In this document: piece by piece, positions 23,316-33,994 of the stretch
Numbering within the stretch: position 1 is the first letter of the stretch
Layout of the letters: every line of letters starts with the position of its first letter
From: Podarcis erhardii
Lineage: Eukaryota
Length of the DNA: 64,000 bases
Strand: one strand, 5' to 3'
NCBI GenBank assembly: GCA_964252035.1
Contig: OZ176208.1
Made by a program: the position numbers and the translations under genes
The notes under the pieces: model-generated
The model's input: the letters and a program-made list of their open reading frames with translations, nothing else
The model's database searches: none
What the model was told of the DNA's origin: nothing

Positions 23316-26300
23316 GCCATGTGCAGAGAACTGCTTCTGTAGCCCAGCTTGCCCTTTTCTTGAAGAGCCTCACCATCTCTTATTTTTAGGTTTCTATATA
23401 GATTCTCTTTCAAAACTGGCATTCTTGCCTGATGCTATCTAGGCATTATTGGAGACTGAAAAAAGAAAAAAAAACCTGCTCTGTAAATAAAGCTAATTAA
23501 ACGTCTGTGTAAATTTAAAAAAAAGGGGGAAATACTTTAATTTTTTCTTACTAAATATTGTAAATTCCTTGAGCTTGGCTAAAACAATGGGGGACAACAT
23601 GCCTACTTTAGTCTTAGCAGTGTGACCCAAGACTAGAAGGAATTTGCATCAGGATTTTGACTTTTAAGAATTTATTCAGAACACATCTGATTGTGTCCAT
23701 AATCATCAGTCATTGATGTCACTCATCCCAGCTACCTTACCTATGTTTTTTTAACATGGATCCTACGTGCCTGTGGACCTTATATTTGCATGCTTGTATT
23801 TTACATAGACACTTTAAAAAAAAAAAAAGTAGGGTAAACTGAACAGAGCACTGTTTGAAGTACTTGAGTATTCATTCTTGTAACTTTTTCCTAAGACTTT
23901 CCAAATGTGCTCATAGATCAAAATGACAGCCTACTCGGAAATGTTTTCACTTCTTAAGGAGTAGCAATCTTCCATTTCTTCTTTACCTCCCTCTCCCCCC
24001 CCCCCCAACTGCACATGCAACTAAAATAACACACTAGAACCTCCAGAATTTGTGGGTATGTGCCATTTAAAGTAGCCTAGTTTCCCACTTCCAAGTGGTC
24101 TATTTTGAATAACCAGTAAAAGTGTTTCAACCATTGTAATTTCTACACAATTGTATAAAAGGTTTGGTATATCTGGACATAGCACAAGCAAGTGGAGCTG
24201 CTCTTTTGTTTCTTATGCAGAAATCAAACCTCTTTCAATAAATTCTGGATAGAATGAATTTGCCGAGAAGAACTGGTTCTCTGTTAACACTGAGAATGCC
24301 ACCTCTTTTCTCTAGTATTTGCTGTGATGCAATCAGTTTGGGGGCAAAAGCTTCCTAGTTTTTACTTTGGACATTGTTTTAGGTAGGGGTTGCTTGTAAA
24401 CCTCTAAAGTCCCTCTTGTGCACATTTCCCCCAGTTGACACTTGAAAGTCTTGGATTGTTGTTTTTTTACTGTAAATATATTGAATGCGAGTAGAAGTAC
24501 CTGCTAAAACAAATGTACATACAGTCATACTTTCTATTCATTCAGAGAGATCTAAAATCTCCAAATCATTAGTTTTTATACCTTTGTTGCAAGTTGTAAT
24601 ATCATTACAGAACTGCATCAGGAATTGCTTTTGAGCAAAATGCAGAGATGCAGTGTCAACGTAGAATTCTGCAAGGTTATTTTCCCATTCCTGCCCCCAA
24701 CTCTTCTGTACTGTAGATAGGAAAGTTTAAATCGGTCCATTTTTTAATTGAAGAAGCTGCATCACCACTTTTGCTAATCAGCCATGTTGCATAACTGTTA
24801 AGCATCTAATGTGAAGTAGAGAAATGGAAGAGATGAGAACCTAAACAATGCAGAATTATTTTCTGCAGTACGTATGTCTTAAGCTGCCTATAGATTCAAG
24901 TTACTAGGACACAGAAAAATAAATTGTAGTTTATATCTGTGCAATGCAGAACACTGTTGATCTCTTCACATCCTATTTATGCATTCAGTGATTGTATGGT
25001 TTTTCTTGCAGTCCTGTAAATCACTTTCAGATGCCAAAGGAAATGTGATTTTTGTTTTTTCCTTGATATATATTTATTTTTTTTAACAAGTTGCTGCTGC
25101 TCAACAAAGTTTTTGTTAAATAGTAGCCAGGGCCAGCAGAACCCTGGCAATCTGCCATTTGTGTTTGTAATTTTTTTTTTTTAATGGTCTATATTTTGAC
25201 GAGTTCATCTGCAGCTTTGTTTTACCCTGGTGGTAATTGTGTAAAAATGGCTGATAGATTACATTTTCCCTTGTTCTTTGCAAATTATTAAAGGAAAGAT
25301 CGTGGAAGTGGTTAGATGGAATGAAATGTCTTCTGCTTTTCCATCTAGATCATATTAATCATTTTAAGGAAGCTTTCTGTGATTGTGTTAAATGAGTAGA
25401 AAAAGTTTGAACACAGGAGAAAAAGCTTACGCTAAACATAATAGCTAGGACTCTTCCCTTGGCTACATGAAACTCTTGGTATTGGTGGAAGGATTCATAT
25501 AGGTGCTAGGTTTTCCCTTCATGGTTCTAGTGTAATGACAGTTGTTTTGTCACTGCACCCAAGAGGAAGTTTTCTCAAGAATTGAGCAAGAATCCTTAAC
25601 TTACGTTGATGCCAGCTGGGACTCAGTTTCTAAAGGTATGTGTGCACGGCTTGGTAGGCTGTTGAGCTGAGTAAATTGCTGCTACCCAGCTCAATCTTAA
25701 TTTGCTGGTCTTTAATTATTCAGCGTATCATTTTTCACTTCTCATTACTCTAAAAATAATAGTCAGGCAGCCTTGCAGTTATTGTGAGCTGTGCCAGTTA
25801 TGGTGGAAGAATTGCTGCACAATTCACATACACCACACAATGGATGCTAATCATGCAATAACTTGTTTCTGGGAACTTTTAAGCAACCCGTAGATTTTTA
25901 AGAAATCCAGAGGGTTGGAACTGGTTTATCTCTGTTGAGTACTGAGATTATAACCATTGACTGCTCTTTCTATGGAGGCAAGAGAGAAGAGATGCCCTTC
26001 CCATTGACAGGGGTCTCAACAAATCATTGTAAGTGCCAAAAACACTCCACACAACTAATTGGGTTTTTAAAAAGCCAAGTCCATGCTTTCGTTCCTATAC
26101 TGAGCTGCCATTAAAAAGTGACAAAGTACAAAACAATTTGTACTCCTGGTGATATGTGCTGTAAAAAAAGGTGGTTAAGCAGCATTTTACCTCAAGCATT
26201 GACTTTGGAACATTTTGACCAGTCAGGTACTTCTATAAATGTAATTAAATGATATTTTATGATATCTTTGGAGAGGAATATCGAGGTCCAAGCCTCAGCA

Positions 26301-27530
26301 ATCTGTCTAAAAGGAGAAACTCTGGTTGAAAGCAACTTTGTCTTCAAATAAACCAAATGGTTGCAAAGTGAGTAAACTATGCAAACTCAAACTTGTTCAA
26401 TAGAAGAGTTAGACATTGTGGAATGTGCACCTTGCCTTCCCTGTCGTTTGCTTTCTTATATTTTACAACTTAAGTGATGGCAATGACACTGGGCTTTTAT
26501 TTTTTAAACGTTTTGGTGGCTTTTGCAGTCATTGTTCGGATAAGAACCGTGCTTCCGTCACGGACATTTTGATAGGCTCATAAATAGTTACCACTGTCAG
26601 ATTTTGAGTTTTATTGGGTACCCAAATGCATGATGGGCAGTCTGGGAAGCTTAGCACAGTTAACTGCAAAAATCATGGTTGAAGGGAGAATGTTGCAATC
26701 AAAGACTTTTCTAAACAAGGCTTAGTTGCATGAATATAAGCATAGGAAAAACATTTAGTACAGTTGCTGAAGTAGCAACCATCGTGATAAGAGCTGCAGT
26801 ATTCACTCTGCTTTGACATGCAAGTACAGCTACATCCTTGTTAGACTAATGCTCCCAAAGTGATTTGGGGTTTTTCAATACATAACCCAACCTTCAGGTT
26901 TTTGGGTTTTTTAAGTGCCATACTTAATCGGCCTACTCTTCTACTTGGAGCTATTAAATGCCCCTACCTGCTTTTTTTGTGTTTTACTGTAATAAACTCG
27001 TGACTCCATTCCCTAAAGGATGAAAGTTTGCAAGCTGTGTATTGTATGACAGTGCTGCTTTCTGGTTAGTCCCTCTGCGATGGGAAGATTCTACTAGTTT
27101 GAAATAACCATCCAGAATCATGCCAACAAAACCCAACAGTACTATAGGAGCCCATTAATAAAATTTGCATTGTGGCGCTTTACATTGATTTTTAGAGGGG
27201 GCCTCCCCTTTCAGAAAAGTGGTACTGTCAAAGATCCTTGCTGACCTGTTGCCGTTTTCCATTTCAATTTATGTTGTGGGGGTGGGAGGTTTTTTGGGTT
27301 TGGTTTTTCTTCCCAACCAAGATGACAAAGGCTATTTGTAGGAAGCTTTCAACTGGACATTTCATTGTGAGTGAGCGGGCTGCAATGCAACGTTGGTGTT
27401 TGCGTCTCTTGAGAATAAAAGCCACGCAACACTTTTGTATGCCATTTTTCTAAAAAAATAATAATAAATACACTTTAAAAATGTTGATTTCCACTGCAAA
27501 TGCTTAACAATAAATGCATGTTTCCCTGAA
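23316..27530 (+). other. UBE2K: UBE2K 3'UTR (proximal part secure, distal end inferred)
   Basis: Follows the stop codon. AATAAA at 23486-23491; AATAAA cluster at 27414, 27463 and 27509 with U-rich sequence after; no recognisable TE across about 4.2 kb. Confidence 0.6.
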
Positions 27531-28863
27531 AATGCTTTCCATTTTACTTTGTGGTAATCAATCTCTCCAGAACAGGAGATGATGCACCACTATTTAAGTG
27601 TGATATAATGGTCTCATTACGTTACAAGAGTGATGACCCATAGACCAGCAAGTTGGATTTTATGGAGCAGACGTGTGCAAATCAACCAGTTGTGTTTATG
27701 CTTTGTTAAAATCTTTTTTAAATTAACGGGTGGCTGAGGCATTGCTACTTGAGTGTTCCTTGCAGCATTAGTAAACTCCTTTGTTCTCACTACTTGTTGC
27801 CTTTGCGGCCAAAAACCTTGGAATTTTCTTACTGGGAATCTGCTCAGGGGAAGGCATATTACTTCTCCTACCAGCCTAAGTTGCATTTTTCTGCTGCAGA
27901 GTAGGCATTCTTCTCCCCAGCCCAAACAGCTAAGAGAAGGAACTTCCTCCCAAAGTAGATACGGAACCTTCCATATTGTGGCCAGTATGCTGAGCCTTGG
28001 GTAACACACACAAAACCATTTCCTAATCCACAATAATAGAGCTTTCATATCCTGGCAGCCCTAAACTACCCCTTCTCCATGTGCCTATTGCTGAGGCAGA
28101 TGTGCCGAAACACTTAGGGGTGGGGACAGAATGTTCTCCTTAATCTTTAGGTTTACGTTAAAGTTGCTGTTGTGAATAAAAGGGGCATGCTGGATCCTTT
28201 GGGGCACTGAGAAACAATACTAGGTTGTCTTATTGGGAGCAACTGAATCACAACTGGTTGAACATTCTAATAGTTTTGCCAAGAGGCAGCATCGGCTGAG
28301 GCAAAAAAGTTAAGTCTAGGATGCACACAACTCTCTGGTCGCTCACATGGCTGCCTGCAGGTATCTTTTTCAAATCTCTTGCTCTTCCTCTCAAAGCAGC
28401 CCAGGGTAGCAAAAAGCCCCATCACGTACTGATGAGCTGTGCCTTCCTTGAGTTACTTGGCACAAAGTTCAAAATGCAACAGCAGCGCACACATACAGCC
28501 GCCACATCTCTAGGTCTTCCCCCAAGGAAACCGCCTGAAATTTTGGAAGGAGAAATGGACGATTTTCTCCCACATCTAACTCATCTGTGAGTACGATAGC
28601 AGCAGCAGAAGAAGAATGGAAGCACCAAAAGAAGCACCAACAGCTATGCCGTGTGGAAAATCAATGTAACTTTCGCTGTAAGAGAGGAGACCAAGCATAA
28701 AGCATCATCTCTTCAACTACAATGGGTCTGGGTTAGAGGATCACGCTCCAAGCTTATAGATCCTCCTTGCAGACACAGCTGTGTGTCATCCCCAGCGCAT
28801 TTTCAGAATGAACTTTCCGAAAGGAATAATGCTCATAGTCAAGTCCTGGTAGAACACTCAGTA

Positions 28864-29089
28864 TAGTGGTACCTCGGGTTAAGAACTTAATTCGTTCTGG
28901 AGGTCCGTTCTTAACCTGAAACTCTTCTTAACCTGAAGCACCACTTTAGCTAATGGGGCCTCCTGCTGCTGCCGTGCTGCCGGAGCACGATTTCTGTTCT
29001 CATCCTGAAGCAAAGTTCTTAACCCAAGGTACTATTTCTGGGTTAGCGGAGTCTGTAACCTGAAGCGTCTGTACCCCGAGGTACCACTG
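28864..29089. mobile_element. Tc1/mariner (pogo/Tigger-like) MITE, copy 1
   Basis: TA|TAGTGGTACCTCGGGTT ... CCCCGAGGTACCACTG|TA. Confidence 0.9.
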
Positions 29090-29110
29090 TACATGTGAAA
29101 AGGTTCCAGA

Positions 29111-29268
29111 GGTCTTGGTGAACCACTAGCTTGACATGAGTCAACAGAGTGATGCAACAACAAAAAAAGGCTACTGCTATTCTAGGCTGCATCAACAGAA
29201 GTTGATAAGGGAAGTGATAGTCCTGCTCTTTTCTGCCCTGGTCAGATCCCACCTGGAGTCCTGTGTCT
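29111..29268 (+). mobile_element. Degraded CR1 LINE ORF2 fragment
   Basis: Reads approximately LDMSQQ.DA..KKA.AILGCINRS...EVIVLLFSALVRSHLESCV, like the CR1 ORF2 C-terminus. Confidence 0.8.
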
Positions 29269-29864
29269 AAACCCTGCAATGCAGGACTGTCAACTAAAGC
29301 ATCCATGACAGATGGCCATCCACACAAAACCCTCAAGCTGTTTTTCAAGGCAGACTCCAGACCCTTGCTGGAAGTGTCCTTAGGCCTCTCTTCTGTACAT
29401 AGGGAAAGCACCATGGAGCACATCTGGAGGTGGTCCATGACATCTGGAAGAAAGTAAAATTGGTTAATCAAACGGTGGTAGACTTAGATCTACACACACT
29501 GGACTGGTAGCATCCTGACAGATTAAGAAACAGTATATTTAGGTAGCTCTGAAGTTCTTTCCTCTGCATCTGCACTGGGGTATTAAGGAAGCTCAGATCA
29601 GGTTTGCCAAACCTGGTGCCCTCCAATGTTTTGGACTATAACTACCATAATTCCTAACCATTAGCTAGCAGGGGTTGGTGGGAGTTATACCCTAAAACTT
29701 CTGGAGGGCATGGGATTACAGAAGGCAGGTTTGGATTGATCACCCATGCTAAGCTCTTAAAATTTAATATAGAACACTAATGTTTCATTGACCTCTAGCA
29801 TCTCCTAGATGTAATCCATCATTTTAAAAAGCCCACCTGATGATGGTACAAACCCCTTCAAATA

Positions 29865-30093
29865 CAGTGGTACCTCGGGTTAAGTACTTAATTCGTTCCG
29901 GAGGTCTGTTCTTAACCTGAAACTGTTCTTAACCTGAAGCACCACTTTAGCTAATGGGGCCTTCTGCTGCTGCTGCCGTGCTGCCGGAGCACGATTTCTG
30001 TTCTCATCCTGAAGCAAAGTTCTTAACCCAAGGTACTATTTCTGGGTTAGCGGATTCTGTAACCTGAAGCGTATGTAACCCGAGGTACCACTG
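29865..30093. mobile_element. Tc1/mariner (pogo/Tigger-like) MITE, copy 2
   Basis: TA|CAGTGGTACCTCGGGTTA ... TAACCCGAGGTACCACTG|TA; near-identical to 28864-29089. Confidence 0.92.
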
Positions 30094-30185
30094 TACAGTA
30101 CATGTCTTGCAAGAACACATTCAGTAATGACTATCTTCATAGCCTCTGTCCCAAATTAAACACTGGCGTAGAGATACTTGCTATG

Positions 30186-31323
30186 GGGGGGCCACCAGGT
30201 GGCGCATTGGAAGATGGCCGACAATAACATCTCTCCGACCCACACAAGGTAATTAAGAGGCTGCTATGGGAAGTATTCAGTCTTCCCGATCCCCCAAGGA
30301 GATGGGGGGGGGACTGCCTTGCCAGCGGTGTCCATAATGCACCCCCGGATTCGAAAGAAGTGGGTGCCGGTCACTTGGCATCAGCCCTTGGTGAAGTCGG
30401 CTCTTCCTGACGCTGTCTCCAATCTGCGTGTGCTGGTTCGCTTTAGCTCGAAAATATAATTGGAAATATACAATTGGAAAGAAGCTAAAGCACATACATC
30501 AAGCAAAGTTCGGGAGATAAGACTGCTGATTAATGGATCTCTGGGATCGGAGCGGTGGTGCAGGACAAATAAATCAAGTGATGAAGCGCCATTAAGAGAC
30601 TGGTATGTCTGGAGTGAAGAAGGGGGCTGGAGGAAAAACCTTCTTTTCTTTGCCTTATGGGAGTATTAATAACCCTCCACCCCAAAGAAAGAAGAATCGC
30701 CGTATTTTATTTATCACAAGCAGAAATTTAAAAACTGTGGGGGGGGGGGGAATTAAAGAACAAAGAGAGGATTGGTAAATATCGGAGAATAGAAAAATTC
30801 TATGACGCAGTTTTAAATGGTGTCTTGTAAGGCAGGCTTGTCTAAGAAAGACGGGGGGAGGAGGACCAGGATTATTGGAATGTGAATGATGATTGGAATG
30901 CGATCTTATCCTGGCAGAGCCCTCTTTGAGATATCTGACAAGCCTGGGAAAACTAAAAGGCAGACCGAAGATAAACTTTTGAAGGAGGAGGGGGAATGGC
31001 GACTGTCCCTATGAGATATGACTTGTGGAGTGTGTAAAACCCACACAGACGATGTTTGCTTCCGACCTGCTTGTGAAGATTATCAGAGATCGCAAAGAAA
31101 GGAATATATGACAACAACAAGATGAAGAAAGTAATAAAGAGACTATCTGGACAGAACTGTTTAATTAAAGCAGTAATAGAAGTGATGTTTGGACCCTCGT
31201 TCGGAGCTTGATGTATGGGTACCCCCAACAAAATTTTAAAATCTGGCTGTATAATTTGGAATTAATGTGATTTGAAACAATGTGATTTGATTGGCCTGTT
31301 AATAAAAATTATGTTAAAAAAAA
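30186..31323 (+). mobile_element. Non-autonomous poly(A) retroposon (L1-mobilised type), no long ORF
   Basis: 16-bp TSD AGAGATACTTGCTATG (30170-30185, 31324-31339); 5' G-run and AAGATGGCCG; 3' TAATAAAAATTAT + poly(A). Confidence 0.85.
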
Positions 31324-31929
31324 AGAGATACTTGCTATGTTCCTCTGATCAGCGCTAAATATTAAAAGGTTACAAAATGCAAAATTCAGAGTTTCAAGAA
31401 ATTGTATTCTAAGACCTTACAGGACAGGCCGATTTTGATTCAGCAGATCAAAAACCCCAATTCCCCTCAAACAGTCTTGGTAAATCTCCTTGGCTACATA
31501 CCTTAGTAAATGTATTTTTCATTATACCATCTGCAGCTTCTCTTGTTTCCCTGATATTTTAGGTTTCTTAGAGGTGTTGTGTGCAATACCGGAATGCTCT
31601 TTGCTTTCTGAACACTCCAGAATACACAAGTCATCTTGCTGTGAAAACTATGACCAGAGGTTCTGTTCACAATGCAAAATCTTTCTATTTCAAATGGAGT
31701 GATGCTTGATTAGCTGTTTCTTGCCTATTTTGTTCTTTTAATCTATGAAATCCAGGGCCTAAGTATTTTACACTACTATCTGGTCCACTGGAGAACACAC
31801 ACTTTCCCAAAGTGTCAAAATCTTATGTGTTGACATCAGTGCTTAGGCAGCAGGAAATTTATTGGTCCTACACAGATACAGAGATGCCATGCAGAACTGA
31901 GGCAAAGTAGAAATTATACTTTTCTGGGG

Positions 31930-33073
31930 AGAAAAATGATACCATATGACACCTAGAAGCATTTATTTTATGCAACAAACTTAAATATGATCATGTGTAC
32001 GTTAAAAGTGTACACTGTATGCTGAACAATGCCAGGGGGAAAATCAATATTGATGCAAGTCTTCTAAAATTAAACATTAAAAAATGAGCTTGGGCAGGAA
32101 GACAAAAACGTAAAACAGACTTACTTTCAATCAGCACAATGCTTAAAATTGAGAGCAATCCTAAACATTTCCAACATTCCTTACAAAGCTGCCAAAAGTT
32201 CAACTATTTTTAAAAATTGATATTTTACATCAATAATAAAAATCTGGTGACAAACATTATAAAATCAAATGCTGGGCTGCCTTTACTCCATTAAATTTAG
32301 AATATTCCAACAGAATCACAGGAGTAAACCCACTTAAAAGTGATGTTTTTATAAAACAACCAACAATATGTACATTTATTGCAAATTATATTAAACTAAA
32401 ATGGAGAGGGAAATTAAAAAAAAGATGAAATGTCTACTTGCAAATCAATCAAGTGATTAGTCTCCCACTCAGATAAAAAGTCAGAAAGCAACATGTATAA
32501 AAATTGTCACTATGTGACTTTTCATAGCAGGAACCAAAATCTGTACATCTTATTTAGCTGGAAAGAATTATACATAGGAGTCTCCAAAAGGAAAGCAGAT
32601 GAGAATTCAGGTATTTTCCTTGTGTCTTGGATTAAAATTCTTTCAGTAAGCTTCTATTTTTTTCTTGCAAAAAGGGTGGGCAATACCTGATTCTAGGTCT
32701 GATTTTTTTTTAAAGGATCTCATTCTGACTTTCTTTTAAAAAATGCAGCATGAAAATTTATGGAGTAAAACACTTTTAACTCCAGATATGCAGAAACTGG
32801 AATCAAGTGTTAAGCAATTTGCTTAATTATTGACTTTTCATAAAAAAAGTCTCTGGGAAAATAAGTACAGATGCTTTTAGCCTCTCTCAAGAGTTTCAGC
32901 AGAATAATGTCATCTGAAAGGGAAGCAGATTTTCCTTCTGTTTTCAGAGCTGAAAGCGATGTGATCTGAGTATTTTCAGTTCCTTATACAGGAAATTTCT
33001 TGGTTTTTGCAGAAGCTTGGAGCATGCCTTCATTTGGCCCTCCTTTTCCTCCCCTTGCAAGGAAGTTTTCTTT
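31930..33073 (-). other. PDS5A: PDS5A 3'UTR (minimum extent)
   Basis: AU-rich sequence after the stop; minus-strand AATAAA at 32375-32380 and 31962-31967; blocks resemble the mammalian PDS5A 3'UTR as I recall it (not checked by alignment). It may extend further. Confidence 0.7.
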
Positions 33074-33077
33074 TTAC
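33074..33077 (-). CDS. PDS5A: PDS5A terminal exon coding part (last G of Arg codon + TAA)
   Basis: Long pyrimidine tract ttcttcttctcttcaag|G TAA. In-window exons sum to 3279 nt = 1092 aa + stop, with all phases consistent. Confidence 0.9.
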
Positions 33078-33682
33078 CTTGAAGAGAAGAAGAAGAAAGT
33101 TTAGAAAATGAAACTTCCTGGGAAAACGTTCAAGAGCGAAGTGAACTTTCCCCTCTGAAGTGCACCTTTGATTTCTTTTTTTAAAATCAATTTTTAAATT
33201 CCTTAATTATTATTTTTTATTAAATTTATATCCCGTCTTTGTTCCATCTTGGACCCCAACATACATGGGTACATGGCATACAGTCATCTAGCCTATGCAC
33301 ACTTACCTGGAAGTAAGCACCACTGGACACATTACCTGAATATTTATGTCTAGGGATTGCACTGTCAATTGTGTTTGTATTCACATCATCTTTGATGTAG
33401 GTGATAAAGGTCTGGTTGAAATTCCACTGAGGACAATAATTTGCATTTATATGAGGCTGATAATCTTTTTATGAATTGATTTGGGGGTGGGGAGATACAT
33501 TACTTTAAATTTACATTATTTAAGTAAATTTCCACTGCAATAATGTAAAGAGCATCATAAAGATGCTGTAGCATTTGTCTAGAAAAGCTCAGCAATTGAA
33601 ACTCTTGTCGAAGGAAGGAAGGTGGGAAGAATGACAGGAATATAGCAGTTTCGCGTGTTCCCAGTTTATTGACTTTTATTAC

Positions 33683-33994
33683 CTAACTTCCACTAAATTT
33701 TTAACATGCTGAAGTACTGTGTGATCTTCTACATCCATGTCAGCGACATTTCTACAAGGACTGACCAGCACCACCTCCTCCCAGCACCCATAATTATACA
33801 AACATAGCCCTGTATAATCTCCCTGCTGCACCTTCAAGAAGCCACTCTCTGTTAGTTCTGTCTCCTCAGTGTCTTCCTGGCTGCCTGTATCCTCAGTGTC
33901 ACAAAGCTTAAAAAGATCCATTTCACTTGGAGAATATCCAGGACTTGATTCTATCTCGAACACTGACTCTCCATCACTTCCCAGCACCTTGCTT
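33683..33994 (-). CDS. Candidate alternative PDS5A exon (312 nt, in-frame, +104 aa, acidic)
   Basis: ctaacgtttttcag|AAGC acceptor; stop-free in the phase-2 frame inherited from exon 32; ends GTTAG|gtaata. Not part of the PDS5A protein I know; no transcript evidence available here. Confidence 0.6.
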
